Shown here piece after piece: positions 15,800 to 24,000 of a DNA stretch of 24,000 nucleotides (positions within the stretch are counted from its first letter, which is position 1; every line of letters starts with the position of its first letter). The position numbers were made by a program, and so were the translations under genes. The stretch spans positions 5,716 to 29,715 of the forward strand of contig JADJDP010000033.1 in assembly GCA_016702645.1 (NCBI GenBank). The letters run 5' to 3'. The notes beneath the pieces are model-generated. The model was given only the letters and a program-made list of their open reading frames with translations, searched no databases and was not told the DNA's origin. The DNA is from Flavobacteriales bacterium (GTDB lineage: Bacteria; Bacteroidota; Bacteroidia; Flavobacteriales_F; PHOS-HE28).

Positions 15800-16402
15800 A
15801 TGTCCGCGACCCTGCCTGTGATGGAGGCCTTTTATACCGTGCAAGGTGAAGGGCGTTTCACCGGTCATGCCGCGTATTTCATCCGATTGGGGGGCTGTGA
15901 TGTGGGGTGCACATGGTGCGATGTGAAGGATAGTTGGGACGCCCACGCACACCCGAAAGTGACCGTTTCGGACATCGTCGCTGATGCGAGCAAACACCCC
16001 GCGCGCTTGGCCGTGATCACTGGAGGTGAGCCGCTGATGCACGATCTGTCCCCATTGACCTCGGCGCTGCGCGAAGCAGGCTTCCGCACCCACCTCGAAA
16101 CCAGCGGAGCGCATCCCTTCAGCGGGGAATGGCACCATGTGTGCCTGAGTCCGAAGAAGTTCAAGGCGGCATTACGGGAAGCCTACAACAAAGCAGACGA
16201 GTTGAAAGTGATCGTGTTCAATAAGCATGACCTGGTGTGGGCCGAAGAGCAAGCCGCGAACGCAGGCCCGAACTGTACGCTGTTCCTTCAACCCGAATGG
16301 AGCAAGCGCGAAGCGATGATGCCCTTGATCGTGGAACACGTGAAGATGAATCCTCGTTGGACGATCTCGCTTCAAACCCACAAGTACCTGAACATCCCTT
16401 GA
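15800..16402 (+). CDS. queE: 7-carboxy-7-deazaguanine synthase (radical SAM, queuosine biosynthesis)
   Basis: MSATLPVMEAFYTVQGEG...FIRLGGCDVGCTWCD (Cx3Cx2C radical-SAM cluster), then ...VITGGEPL.. and LETSG. About 200 aa, typical of the short Bacteroidota-type QueE. Confidence 0.9.
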   Translation: MSATLPVMEAFYTVQGEGRFTGHAAYFIRLGGCDVGCTWCDVKDSWDAHAHPKVTVSDIVADASKHPARLAVITGGEPLMHDLSPLTSALREAGFRTHLETSGAHPFSGEWHHVCLSPKKFKAALREAYNKADELKVIVFNKHDLVWAEEQAANAGPNCTLFLQPEWSKREAMMPLIVEHVKMNPRWTISLQTHKYLNIP

Positions 16403-18360
16403 AGAATTTCAGCTTGCGATCCCTTGCCCTTGTCCTCGCTGTCTGCTCGTCGGCAGCATTATTGGCTCAACCCGGCGGATATTCCACCCAGGACAAAGGC
16501 GCGATCAAGAAGTACGAGAGCGGCGCGGAGTGCATGCGTATGCAACGGTGGGATTGCGCACAAAGTGAGTTTGCGAAAGCCGCAGCCGCTGATGCGCGGT
16601 TCGTGGAACCACGCATCATGCTTGCCGAGTTGGCTGAACGGCAGGGCAAGGATGCCGAGGCAATGGGCTACTATCGGGAGGTCGTTGCGATCTCGCCGCG
16701 TTTCTTTCCCGTGGCGCAGTTGCATTTGGCCGATCTGGAGTTCCGTGGTGGGCAATATGGCGATGCAGAGAAGCATTACCGCGCGTATCTCGAGATGGAA
16801 CAAGAGCCTCAGCGCAAGGCGCGGGCCCGCATGGGTTTGGCGAATTGCGCCTTCGCGGCGGAGGCGATCCAGCACCCTGTTCCGTTCGAACCGAAGAACC
16901 TCGGGCCGGGTGTGAACAGTGCCGATCCGGAATACTATCCGTGCATCACCGCCGATGATGCAACGCTGATCTATACCCGCAGGGTGAAAGCTCCGGAGAT
17001 CCCGGTCTATGGTATGCAAGAGGATTTTTATGTGAGCCGACGTGGACCCGATGGAACATGGCAAACGGGAACGGGGATCTCCATGGTGAACACCCGTGCT
17101 TTCAACGAAGGAGCCGGTACACTGTCACCCGATGGCCGCTTCATCATTTTCACCAAGTGCTCTTTGGAGGACGGCTCTTACGGTGGTGAATTACGTGGGC
17201 TCGGTAGCTGCGACCTCTTCATCAGCCGCCGCATCGGCGATCGGTGGACGTCACCGGAGAACCTGGGCCAGCCGGTGAACTCCCGGCAGTGGGAAACGCA
17301 GCCGAGTTTGGCGAGCGATGGTCGCACGCTGTATTACATCCGTGGCATGCTGGCACAGGACGGGATCAAGAGCATGGACATCTTCACCTGCACCTTGCAA
17401 GATGATGGCACATGGAGCAAGCCGGAGAAGCTGGGCGAGAACGTGAATACGCCCTACCAGGAAGAGAGCGTTCAGATCCACCCCGATGGCCGTACCCTGT
17501 ACTTCAGCAGTAATGGCCATCCCGGTTTCGGTGGGCTCGACATCTATGTGAGCCGGAAGCAGGACGACGGCACGTGGGGCAAAGCGCTGAACCTGGGTTA
17601 TCCGATCAACACCGGTGCGGATGAGAACAGTTTGCTGGTGAGCGCCGATGGCAAGGTGGCCTACTTCGCGAGCGATCGTCCCGGCGGTCTTGGTGATCTG
17701 GATCTCTATGGTTTCGATCTCTATCCCGAAGCACGGCCCTTGCCTGTGAGCTACATCCGTGGCAAGGTCACGGACAAAACCAATGGCCAGCCGGTGGAGG
17801 CCGATGTGGAACTCTACGATCTAACCACGGGTAAGCTTGCCACGGGTGCCTATAGCGATCCCAAGACGGGTGAGTTCCTCGTCTGCCTGCCCAGCGGACG
17901 CAGCTATGCGTTGAACGCTGGTGCCGAAGGCTACCTCTTCTTCTCGGAGAACTACGATATCGCAGCGAGCGCACCGACGGAGCCGATCACGCTCAACGTA
18001 CCCTTGAGCCCGCTCACCGCCGGAAGCACCATTGCATTGCGCAACATATTCTTCAATACGGCGAGCTATGAGCTACTGCCGACCAGCAATGCCGAACTGG
18101 AGAAATTGGTGAAGCTCTTGAAGGCGAACGCGACGCTGCGGATCGAACTGGGTGGCCACACCGACAACGTGGGTGCCGATGCTGCGAACCTGACCCTGAG
18201 CGACCAGCGCGCCAAGGCCGTGCGCGACCATGTGATCGCCCAGGGCATCGATGCTGCGCGCATCACGGCCAAAGGCTACGGCGAAACCAAGCCGACGGCG
18301 ACGAATGATACCGAAGAGGGTAGGGCGTTGAACCGCAGGACGGAGGTGACTGTCTTGTAG
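16399..18360 (+). CDS. OmpA-family envelope protein: TPR, PD40 propeller repeats, CarboxypepD_reg-like domain and a C-terminal OmpA peptidoglycan-binding domain; probable TTG start
   Basis: (TTG)KNFSLRSLALVLAVCSSAALLAQ signal peptide. PD40 blades (LSPDGRFIIFT, SLASDGRTLYY, IHPDGRTLYFSS, VSADGKVAYFASDR). OmpA_C: NIFFNTASYEL...LGGHTDNVG....NL.LS..RA.AV...L...G......KGYGE..P......T.EGRA.NRRTEV. The frame has no ATG before the signal peptide, and the TTG at 16399 overlaps the queE TGA. Confidence 0.85.
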   Translation: MKNFSLRSLALVLAVCSSAALLAQPGGYSTQDKGAIKKYESGAECMRMQRWDCAQSEFAKAAAADARFVEPRIMLAELAERQGKDAEAMGYYREVVAISPRFFPVAQLHLADLEFRGGQYGDAEKHYRAYLEMEQEPQRKARARMGLANCAFAAEAIQHPVPFEPKNLGPGVNSADPEYYPCITADDATLIYTRRVKAPEIPVYGMQEDFYVSRRGPDGTWQTGTGISMVNTRAFNEGAGTLSPDGRFIIFTKCSLEDGSYGGELRGLGSCDLFISRRIGDRWTSPENLGQPVNSRQWETQPSLASDGRTLYYIRGMLAQDGIKSMDIFTCTLQDDGTWSKPEKLGENVNTPYQEESVQIHPDGRTLYFSSNGHPGFGGLDIYVSRKQDDGTWGKALNLGYPINTGADENSLLVSADGKVAYFASDRPGGLGDLDLYGFDLYPEARPLPVSYIRGKVTDKTNGQPVEADVELYDLTTGKLATGAYSDPKTGEFLVCLPSGRSYALNAGAEGYLFFSENYDIAASAPTEPITLNVPLSPLTAGSTIALRNIFFNTASYELLPTSNAELEKLVKLLKANATLRIELGGHTDNVGADAANLTLSDQRAKAVRDHVIAQGIDAARITAKGYGETKPTATNDTEEGRALNRRTEVTVL

Positions 18361-18362
18361 GT

Positions 18363-19160
18363 TCAGGACCCCGACAACTCCTTCGCTCGCGAACTCGCCG
18401 CACCGATCCCGCGGTCGAGCGTTCCGGCCAGGTCACCTTGTGCGAACACCTTGAAGGCCGCTTCGGTGGTACCGCCCTTGCTCATCACCGCATTGATCAA
18501 TTCCTCCGGGCTTCGGTCCGCGTGCTCCATCAGGTGGAAGCTGCCGAGCATCGTCTGTTTCACCAACGCGTTCGCAACGTGCGGTTCCAATCCCAGCCGG
18601 ATGCCCGTGGCGATCATGGTACGCACCATCTCGAAGAAATAGGCGGGGCCACTTCCACTGAGCGCGGTGACGGGATCGAGCAGCGCTTCATCGGCAAGGT
18701 GTACCGCACGGCCGGTACAGTTGAGCAGTTGTTCCACCATCAATGTCTGACGCATGCTGAGTTCCGTGCCGGTCGCGTAAGCCGTTATACCCATGCCGAT
18801 CTGCGCCGGTGCGTTGGGCATTGCGCGCACAACGGTGGTATGTCGCAGGCTGTCCTTCAATCGCTGCAAGGTGATGCCCGCCATGATGGAGAGCACGACT
18901 TGACCGGGCCTGAGGACAGCAGCCAATGATGGAGCGATGGCTCCGAAGTCCTGCGGCTTCACCGCAACGATGACGAGATCGCTTTCCGAGATCGAAGGAT
19001 CGACCTCCGGTGCGACACGGCCGAGCGTTTCCAGCTGCGTGCGCCTTCCTTCACCACGGATGATGAGCAGCAGGTCTTCGGCTTTCACCAGGCCGTACTT
19101 GCGGAAGCTGCGTGCATAGGCGGTGCCCATGTTGCCGCAGCCGAGGATGGTGATCTTCAT
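18363..19160 (-). CDS. proC: Pyrroline-5-carboxylate reductase
   Basis: MKITILGCGNMGTAYARSF (Rossmann GxGxxG), ...SGSGPAYFF..., ...MSKGGTTEAA... The start at 19160 was chosen over the upstream ATG because of the Rossmann N-terminus. Confidence 0.9.
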   Translation of the reverse strand: MKITILGCGNMGTAYARSFRKYGLVKAEDLLLIIRGEGRRTQLETLGRVAPEVDPSISESDLVIVAVKPQDFGAIAPSLAAVLRPGQVVLSIMAGITLQRLKDSLRHTTVVRAMPNAPAQIGMGITAYATGTELSMRQTLMVEQLLNCTGRAVHLADEALLDPVTALSGSGPAYFFEMVRTMIATGIRLGLEPHVANALVKQTMLGSFHLMEHADRSPEELINAVMSKGGTTEAAFKVFAQGDLAGTLDRGIGAASSRAKELSGS

Positions 19161-19307
19161 GGAAGGAGTCATTGGCCGCAAAGGCGCGGAGGCGCAAAGG
19201 AAGCCCAAGGGTTTCCCACGCTCAAATCACTTGCGAGGAGGTTCATCAATTCCCATACTTCCGCCGGGTTGTCGCGCTCTCTGCGTCTATGCGTCTTTGC
19301 GGCCCCC

Positions 19308-19634
19308 TCAATGCGTAACCACCTTCAACCCAACAATGGAAGCGATCAGGGTGAAGAGGAAGAAGAGCCGCCAGAAGTCCGTGGGTTCCTTGAAGAGCAG
19401 GATCCCGACAACAGCGGTTCCGACCGCGCCGATGCCCGTCCATACCGCGTAGGCCGTACCTATCGGCAACGACTGCGATGAGCGGTAGAGCAGGTACATG
19501 CTGATAGCGAGGCAAACGAAGAACCCGGTCATCCACCAAAGGCTTGCATTGCCGTGCGCTTCGCGGGCTTTGCCCAGGCAAGTGGCGAAGCCTACCTCGA
19601 AGCAGCCGGCTATGATGAGCAGGAGCCAGTTCAT
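19308..19634 (-). CDS. sugE: SMR-family small multidrug resistance protein, SugE/Gdx (guanidinium exporter) subtype
   Basis: Closely resembles SugE across its 108 aa: MNWLLLIIAGCFEVGFA (membrane Glu13), SLPIGTAYAVWTGIGAVGTAVVGILLFKE, four TM segments. Confidence 0.9.
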   Translation of the reverse strand: MNWLLLIIAGCFEVGFATCLGKAREAHGNASLWWMTGFFVCLAISMYLLYRSSQSLPIGTAYAVWTGIGAVGTAVVGILLFKEPTDFWRLFFLFTLIASIVGLKVVTH

Positions 19635-19640
19635 CGGCGA

Positions 19641-20888
19641 TCAGAACGCTACCATCGCATTGAACATCGCGCCTGCGCCGCGCGCCGAGCCAAGGAAGAA
19701 ACCGGGTAGGTGGGGAGAGGATGCTTCCAGAAGGACCCTTCCTCCTATGCGGTGCCGCACCATCGCGCCCAATCGGAGCCCGCCGAAGCCACCGAAGCTC
19801 AAGCAAGCGCCAGCGCCCGTCCGCGATCCGAAGGCCCGCTCACCTGCGAAGACGAGTTGCGGTAAATAACCCGGCAGGTTGCGCTGATCGACGGTGGCGC
19901 TTCCATTCCAGCGCTCGCTCATGGGAAGGCGCAGGCTTGCGCGCAATACGAAGGGTAGGAGCGTGGCGAACGATCCACTACGGTAGCGAAGTCCGAACGT
20001 GTCCAGCAGTTGATCTTCACCAATGAGGGCGTTGTCCAATTCGAGGATGTTGGCCACTTCGATGCCGCCATACTCGATGATCGTGTCCTTGGTTATCCGC
20101 TGGCTCGTACCGGACCAACTCGCGAAGCCGAGGTCTTCCACCTCCAGGCTCAGGTGCGCCCCGTTCATGCACCGCTTCAGCTCCGTTTCCCACCTGCCGC
20201 TCACCGCAAGCCCGAAGCCGTTGACTTGCCCGAAACGACTGCTCGCAGTATCGCTGCGGTAATAGTCGCCGAGCACCGTGGCCCGGATCACGCGGCCATC
20301 GATGCCGGTGTACATCCCCGCCCATTCCACATCGGCCGCATCGTAGCTCTGGCCAATGACGAAGTCCAGCCGTACGAAGCTGTTGGTGCGAGCGTGCTGC
20401 ATGCCCACACCAATGGTCTGGTAGCGAATGCGCGTGACGGCTGTCGGACCCAGATCGGCGCGACGCCCCTCGTAACCGGCGTTTCCGAAGAAGGTGACCG
20501 CATAGAGGTCGCGTGTGAAGCGTGCGCCCATCTGCTCATGGTAAGCCATGCTCATCAGCGATCGCCAGCCAACGTGGCTCTCTACGCTATCCCCACCGAC
20601 CCATGTGACGCGGCCGCCGAGCACGTAACCAACGCTGTTGCGTTCTCGCATCACTGCGCGCGTGCGTTCGCGCAGATCGCGATCTAGATAGCTGCCACTC
20701 CATAGCCCGGACACCAGTTCGTTGCGCAGGGAGTTGGTATTGTAGTCGAACCAACCATCGATGCTGATGAGGTCGTTGTGTTCGCTGTGCAACTCCATCG
20801 CGCGATCGGATCGCGAAAGTTGCCATTGGGCGTTCGCCACGAACACGATCCCCTGCACGAGCAGGAGGCACAACGCCCTACTCATCAC
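19641..20888 (-). CDS. Putative outer-membrane beta-barrel protein, unknown family
   Basis: Signal peptide MMSRALCLLLVQGIVFVANAQ. Alternating-hydrophobicity stretches rich in G/Y/R/D. Terminal aromatic residue (...AMFNAMVAF), like an OMP beta-signal. The start overlaps the upstream lipoprotein gene by 11 nt. Confidence 0.55.
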   Translation of the reverse strand: MMSRALCLLLVQGIVFVANAQWQLSRSDRAMELHSEHNDLISIDGWFDYNTNSLRNELVSGLWSGSYLDRDLRERTRAVMRERNSVGYVLGGRVTWVGGDSVESHVGWRSLMSMAYHEQMGARFTRDLYAVTFFGNAGYEGRRADLGPTAVTRIRYQTIGVGMQHARTNSFVRLDFVIGQSYDAADVEWAGMYTGIDGRVIRATVLGDYYRSDTASSRFGQVNGFGLAVSGRWETELKRCMNGAHLSLEVEDLGFASWSGTSQRITKDTIIEYGGIEVANILELDNALIGEDQLLDTFGLRYRSGSFATLLPFVLRASLRLPMSERWNGSATVDQRNLPGYLPQLVFAGERAFGSRTGAGACLSFGGFGGLRLGAMVRHRIGGRVLLEASSPHLPGFFLGSARGAGAMFNAMVAF

Positions 20889-22491
20889 CGTTCACCATGT
20901 AATTGGCTGCGAGCGTGATCTGGAGGTCCATGCGATAGCTGTCCAGGATGCGCAGGTGTTGTGATTGATCACTTGTGGTGAAGGCCACACTGCTCCGCAA
21001 GCGCGCGCCTGCGTATAGGATGTTCACCAACTCTTCGCTCAGTTCCGCGGTAAGGACGCTTTCCGTACGTGCGGTGACGAGGTTGTTCGCACCAAGCAAC
21101 CCAGCTGCGGCGATACCATCAACCGGGATGGTGGCGATCATTTCGCCGTTGGCGTCGATGAGGTCGAGTTCGAAACGCGCCGACATCGGGAATCCGTTCG
21201 TAGCGAAGAGCTTCAATTCACCGCTGCGCAGCGCATGTCCTTCTGCGTTGCGCGGCAGATCCGGCGTTGAGACCGTCTGAAGGGTGAGTTCATTGGTGAT
21301 CAGGCGTAGGGGGACTTCCAGTTCGAGGCCTGCCTTCAACTCGCTTTCATAGTACAGGAAGTCGTTCCCGCTGCTGATGTCGCCGAGAGGATTCAGTCCC
21401 AGGTCCAGTTCATAGCCGATCTGGTCCGGCAGGTTTTCCAGGAAGAGATCGATGTTGCTGTTGCTCACGTCGATCGTGTTGCTGTATTGGCTGGGGATGA
21501 AGCCAGAGCCCAGATCGATCGCACGGTTGATGTTGATCGGACCTTGGAAGATGGTGTGCGTGAGATCCACCGTATTGCCCGTGCGTGTATTGATGGCGCT
21601 CAGTTGCCGCATGCGCACTTGCAGGTCCAAGCCGAAGCCGTTCTCCACGGTCAATCGCAACGTGGCCACATCAAGGTCCAGCGTTCCCGACACGAGGGCA
21701 TCGAACAGTGAAAGATCGTTGGTGTCCGGTCCGGCTTCCACCGTGCGCTGCCCGAAATAACCCCGCGCATACTGAGGAACAAGCCCCAAGTAGTTGGCGG
21801 AGAGCACAAGACTGTCATCCGCTGTCACCCACGCACCCTGTCCGGCGGGATCGAGCATGGCACCGATACTGGTTTCCAACGTGTTCACCGCGTTGAACTG
21901 TGGACCGCGCAAGTCGAAGCTCGTGCCTGCAAGGTCCCGCACGGCGGTGGAATACGTAGGGTTGGACGGTGTTCCGGCACCCACCGAAGTGGTCATGCTT
22001 GTCCCCCCGTTCGGAAAAATGGCTCCTGGGAGATCGAGGGTCCCGATCACAAGACTGTTCACCCGGTTGTCCATGCGCAGTTCCAAGCGGCCTTCGCGCA
22101 ACACGAGCGTGCGCAACGCCAGTTCCTCCAGATCGAAGCGCTGCACATCGTTCTGGCTGAAGAAATTGAAACCCGCTGGGAAATTGAGCGAATCAGCGAT
22201 CGGAAGCGCGTAGCGGTATGTGAAACTGGTGTCCGGTGCCAACAACAGGGTATCCAGTTCCAGTTTGAAGAGATCGCTTCGGTACAGCAGCGTGACCGTT
22301 CCCTGCGGGTCGGTGGTGACCAGTGAATCGGCCACCAGGTCGCGGATGGTGAAGCTGGTGCGCACCAAGGGAACCAGCAGATCCACATCCCAGGTGGGTC
22401 GGTCGCTCTCTTTGCGACAGCCAACTGACAATAGTGAACAAATGGTGCCGGTCCAGAAGGCAACCCAACCCCAGTGGCGCACGTTTTTCAT
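20878..22491 (-). CDS. Putative lipoprotein (537 aa), unknown family
   Basis: N-terminus MKNVRHWGWVAFWTGTICSLLSVGC has a lipobox-like SVG|C at Cys25. Coding-like composition throughout. I recognise no motif. Confidence 0.6.
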   Translation of the reverse strand: MKNVRHWGWVAFWTGTICSLLSVGCRKESDRPTWDVDLLVPLVRTSFTIRDLVADSLVTTDPQGTVTLLYRSDLFKLELDTLLLAPDTSFTYRYALPIADSLNFPAGFNFFSQNDVQRFDLEELALRTLVLREGRLELRMDNRVNSLVIGTLDLPGAIFPNGGTSMTTSVGAGTPSNPTYSTAVRDLAGTSFDLRGPQFNAVNTLETSIGAMLDPAGQGAWVTADDSLVLSANYLGLVPQYARGYFGQRTVEAGPDTNDLSLFDALVSGTLDLDVATLRLTVENGFGLDLQVRMRQLSAINTRTGNTVDLTHTIFQGPININRAIDLGSGFIPSQYSNTIDVSNSNIDLFLENLPDQIGYELDLGLNPLGDISSGNDFLYYESELKAGLELEVPLRLITNELTLQTVSTPDLPRNAEGHALRSGELKLFATNGFPMSARFELDLIDANGEMIATIPVDGIAAAGLLGANNLVTARTESVLTAELSEELVNILYAGARLRSSVAFTTSDQSQHLRILDSYRMDLQITLAANYMVNGDE

Positions 22492-22524
22492 TCGCAGGCA
22501 AAGTACGGCCTGTGGACCATCGGC

Positions 22525-23022
22525 ATGGTAGCCTCCGAGCGGAGGCGTAACATTGCATCAATATCCAGGACCGTGTTCCAACTGAGACGCTTCATCCTGC
22601 TCCCATGGCTGCTCAGCGCCGTGGTGATGTTCGGTCTCAGCTACGTCTGGCATGGGTTGCTGCTATCCGACCTACAGGAACTGAAGATCCCCCTGTGGCT
22701 CTATTTTGTTCTGGCGACCTTGGTCTACCTGGGTCTTGGATTGGGGATCACCATCGCCACGCACAAGGCGGTCCAGTACGAGTGGATCAGCCTGAAGGGG
22801 GCCTTCCCGTTCATGTCCATGCTGCTCGCTGCTGCGGTCGGGTTCTTCGTGTACCTGGTGATCTTCGTCATGGGCATGAGCTTCGCCAAGCAGGGCATGA
22901 TGCATGTGGTGGTCGACATCCTCTGGCAGATGTTCGAACAATCGATGGGTGGCCTGATGGTGAGCTTGGGCATGATCTACGACATGCACAAACGCTTCCT
23001 GGACCAGGAACGAGCGAGCTGA
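22525..23022 (+). CDS. Integral membrane protein (about 4 TM), unknown function; start uncertain
   Basis: Hydrophobic segments FILLPWLLSAVVMFGLSYVW, LWLYFVLATLVYLGLGLGITIA, FPFMSMLLAAAVGFFVYLVIFVMGM and VVDILWQMFEQSMGGLMVSLGMI. The ATG at 22474 would overlap the divergent gene start, so the ATG at 22525 is preferred. Confidence 0.55.
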   Translation: MVASERRRNIASISRTVFQLRRFILLPWLLSAVVMFGLSYVWHGLLLSDLQELKIPLWLYFVLATLVYLGLGLGITIATHKAVQYEWISLKGAFPFMSMLLAAAVGFFVYLVIFVMGMSFAKQGMMHVVVDILWQMFEQSMGGLMVSLGMIYDMHKRFLDQERAS

Positions 23023-24000
23023 TCAACCAGCTGGGGTGTACTTGTCCTTCCAGAGTTTCTTGAGCAATGCCGCATATTCCTGCTCGCGCGGGTTCATGCC
23101 CGGTTCATAGAACGCGGTGCCAGCGATGTGCTCGGGCAGGAACTCCTGATCGATGAAATTGCCCTCACCTTCATGGCTGTATTGGTAGTTCGCCCCGTAG
23201 CCGATGGTCTTCATCAATTTCGTGGGCGCGTTGCGCAAGGCCAATGGTACAGGCAGGTCCCCGCTCTTTTTCACTTCGGATTGAGCCGCGCCGATCGCCA
23301 TGTAGCTGGCATTGCTCTTCGGTGAACAAGCGAGGTAGATGGCGCATTGGCTCAGGATGATACGGCCTTCGGGCCAACCGATCATCTGCACGGCTTGCAT
23401 CGTGGTGGTCGCCATCAACAAGGCATTGGGGTTGGCATTTCCGATGTCCTCGCTCGCGAGGATGACCATGCGCCGTGCGATGAACAGCGGGTCTTCACCT
23501 CCTTCAACCATGCGGGCCAACCAGTACACCGCCGCATTGGGGTCGCTGCCACGCATGCTCTTGATGAACGCACTGATGATGTCGTAGTGCTGCTCGCCTT
23601 GTTTGTCGTACCGACCCGCATTGGTCTGCACTACGTTCTTCACAAGCACATTGGTGATCACCACCGGATCGGTCGCTGTTGCCTTGACGCATAGCTCGAA
23701 GGTGTTCAACAACCGTCGGGCGTCGCCTCCGCTGGCGCGCATCAACGCATCGATCTCTTGCAACTCTATCGTCCTCTGCTTCATCTCCACATCGGTGCCA
23801 ATGGCACGGTGCAAGAGCGCCAGCAGTTCTTCTTCGGCGAGGGCTTCGAGGACATACACCTGACAGCGCGAGAGCAAGGCACCGATCACTTCGAAGCTCG
23901 GGTTCTCCGTGGTGGCACCAATGAGCGTGATGGTTCCTTTTTCCACCGCGCCGAGCAATGAATCCTGCTGCGCTTTGCTGAAGCGGTGGATCTCATCGAT
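23023..24000 (-). CDS. rarA: Replication-associated recombination protein A (AAA+ ATPase, MgsA/WRNIP family); 5' end beyond the window
   Basis: The frame is open to nt 24000 ([44 protein letters not shown]). The C-terminal MgsA domain has GDARRALN-like [34 protein letters not shown] and EDIGNANP. Confidence 0.9.
   Translation of the reverse strand: MDEIHRFSKAQQDSLLGAVEKGTITLIGATTENPSFEVIGALLSRCQVYVLEALAEEELLALLHRAIGTDVEMKQRTIELQEIDALMRASGGDARRLLNTFELCVKATATDPVVITNVLVKNVVQTNAGRYDKQGEQHYDIISAFIKSMRGSDPNAAVYWLARMVEGGEDPLFIARRMVILASEDIGNANPNALLMATTTMQAVQMIGWPEGRIILSQCAIYLACSPKSNASYMAIGAAQSEVKKSGDLPVPLALRNAPTKLMKTIGYGANYQYSHEGEGNFIDQEFLPEHIAGTAFYEPGMNPREQEYAALLKKLWKDKYTPAG

Noticed and set aside
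19161-19307. Short repeats (cgcaaagg x2, gcgtct x2) and a weak hairpin (ggaagccc..gggtttcc) between proC and sugE.
   Set aside because: They are very short and imperfect, and compatible with an ordinary weak terminator/promoter spacer. There is nothing array-like.
19635-19640. Guanidine riboswitch (ykkC, mini-ykkC or guanidine-III) upstream of sugE.
   Set aside because: Only 6 nt separate sugE from the preceding gene. Only ~33 nt lie upstream of the operon's first gene, which leaves no room for any guanidine aptamer, and no ACGR-loop hairpins are seen.
1-24000. Search for tRNA/rRNA genes, CRISPR arrays, IS elements, integrases, and direct repeats flanking an island.
   Set aside because: By eye there are no T-arm GGTTCGA-type motifs in a tRNA context, no regularly spaced repeats, and no transposase, integrase or recombinase-like ORFs. 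Composition looks uniform across the window. A computational scan (tRNAscan-SE, ISEScan, MinCED) would be needed to be definitive.

Overview
GC-rich chromosomal segment that looks like Bacteroidota. The evidence is two proteins with T9SS-type C-terminal sorting domains, exact TAnnTTTG -7 promoter boxes upstream of several genes, no Shine-Dalgarno use, and PD40/OmpA/TPR envelope proteins. It carries about 22 protein genes, mostly housekeeping or cell-envelope: TlpA-like thioredoxin, prfC, PQQ-type sugar dehydrogenase, an adhesin-like T9SS cargo, PIN-PhoH (PhoH2), a DUF1987/SiaC-like protein, vsr, a TolB-like propeller, queE, an OmpA-family protein, proC, sugE and rarA. I found no rRNA, tRNA, CRISPR array, transposase or integrase. 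I do not see a clear novel defense or mobile system. The points worth a second look are below.

1. Three consecutive conserved genes in the first 6 kb each have a frame break, and none of the genes I could judge in the other 18 kb does.
2. Two long non-coding gaps (8142-8645 and 15322-15799) hold strong helices and terminator-like elements that no CDS explains. The second ends in a U8 tract 60 nt before queE.
3. Two paralogous coiled-coil envelope proteins share an unnamed C-terminal KWG..F(Y/F)FKNG module.
4. A lipoprotein, a beta-barrel-like protein and SugE appear to form one operon.
5. Three exported proteins form an operon with an ATGA overlap.
6. vsr has no dcm partner in the window.

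All family assignments come from reading motifs by eye; no database search was possible.
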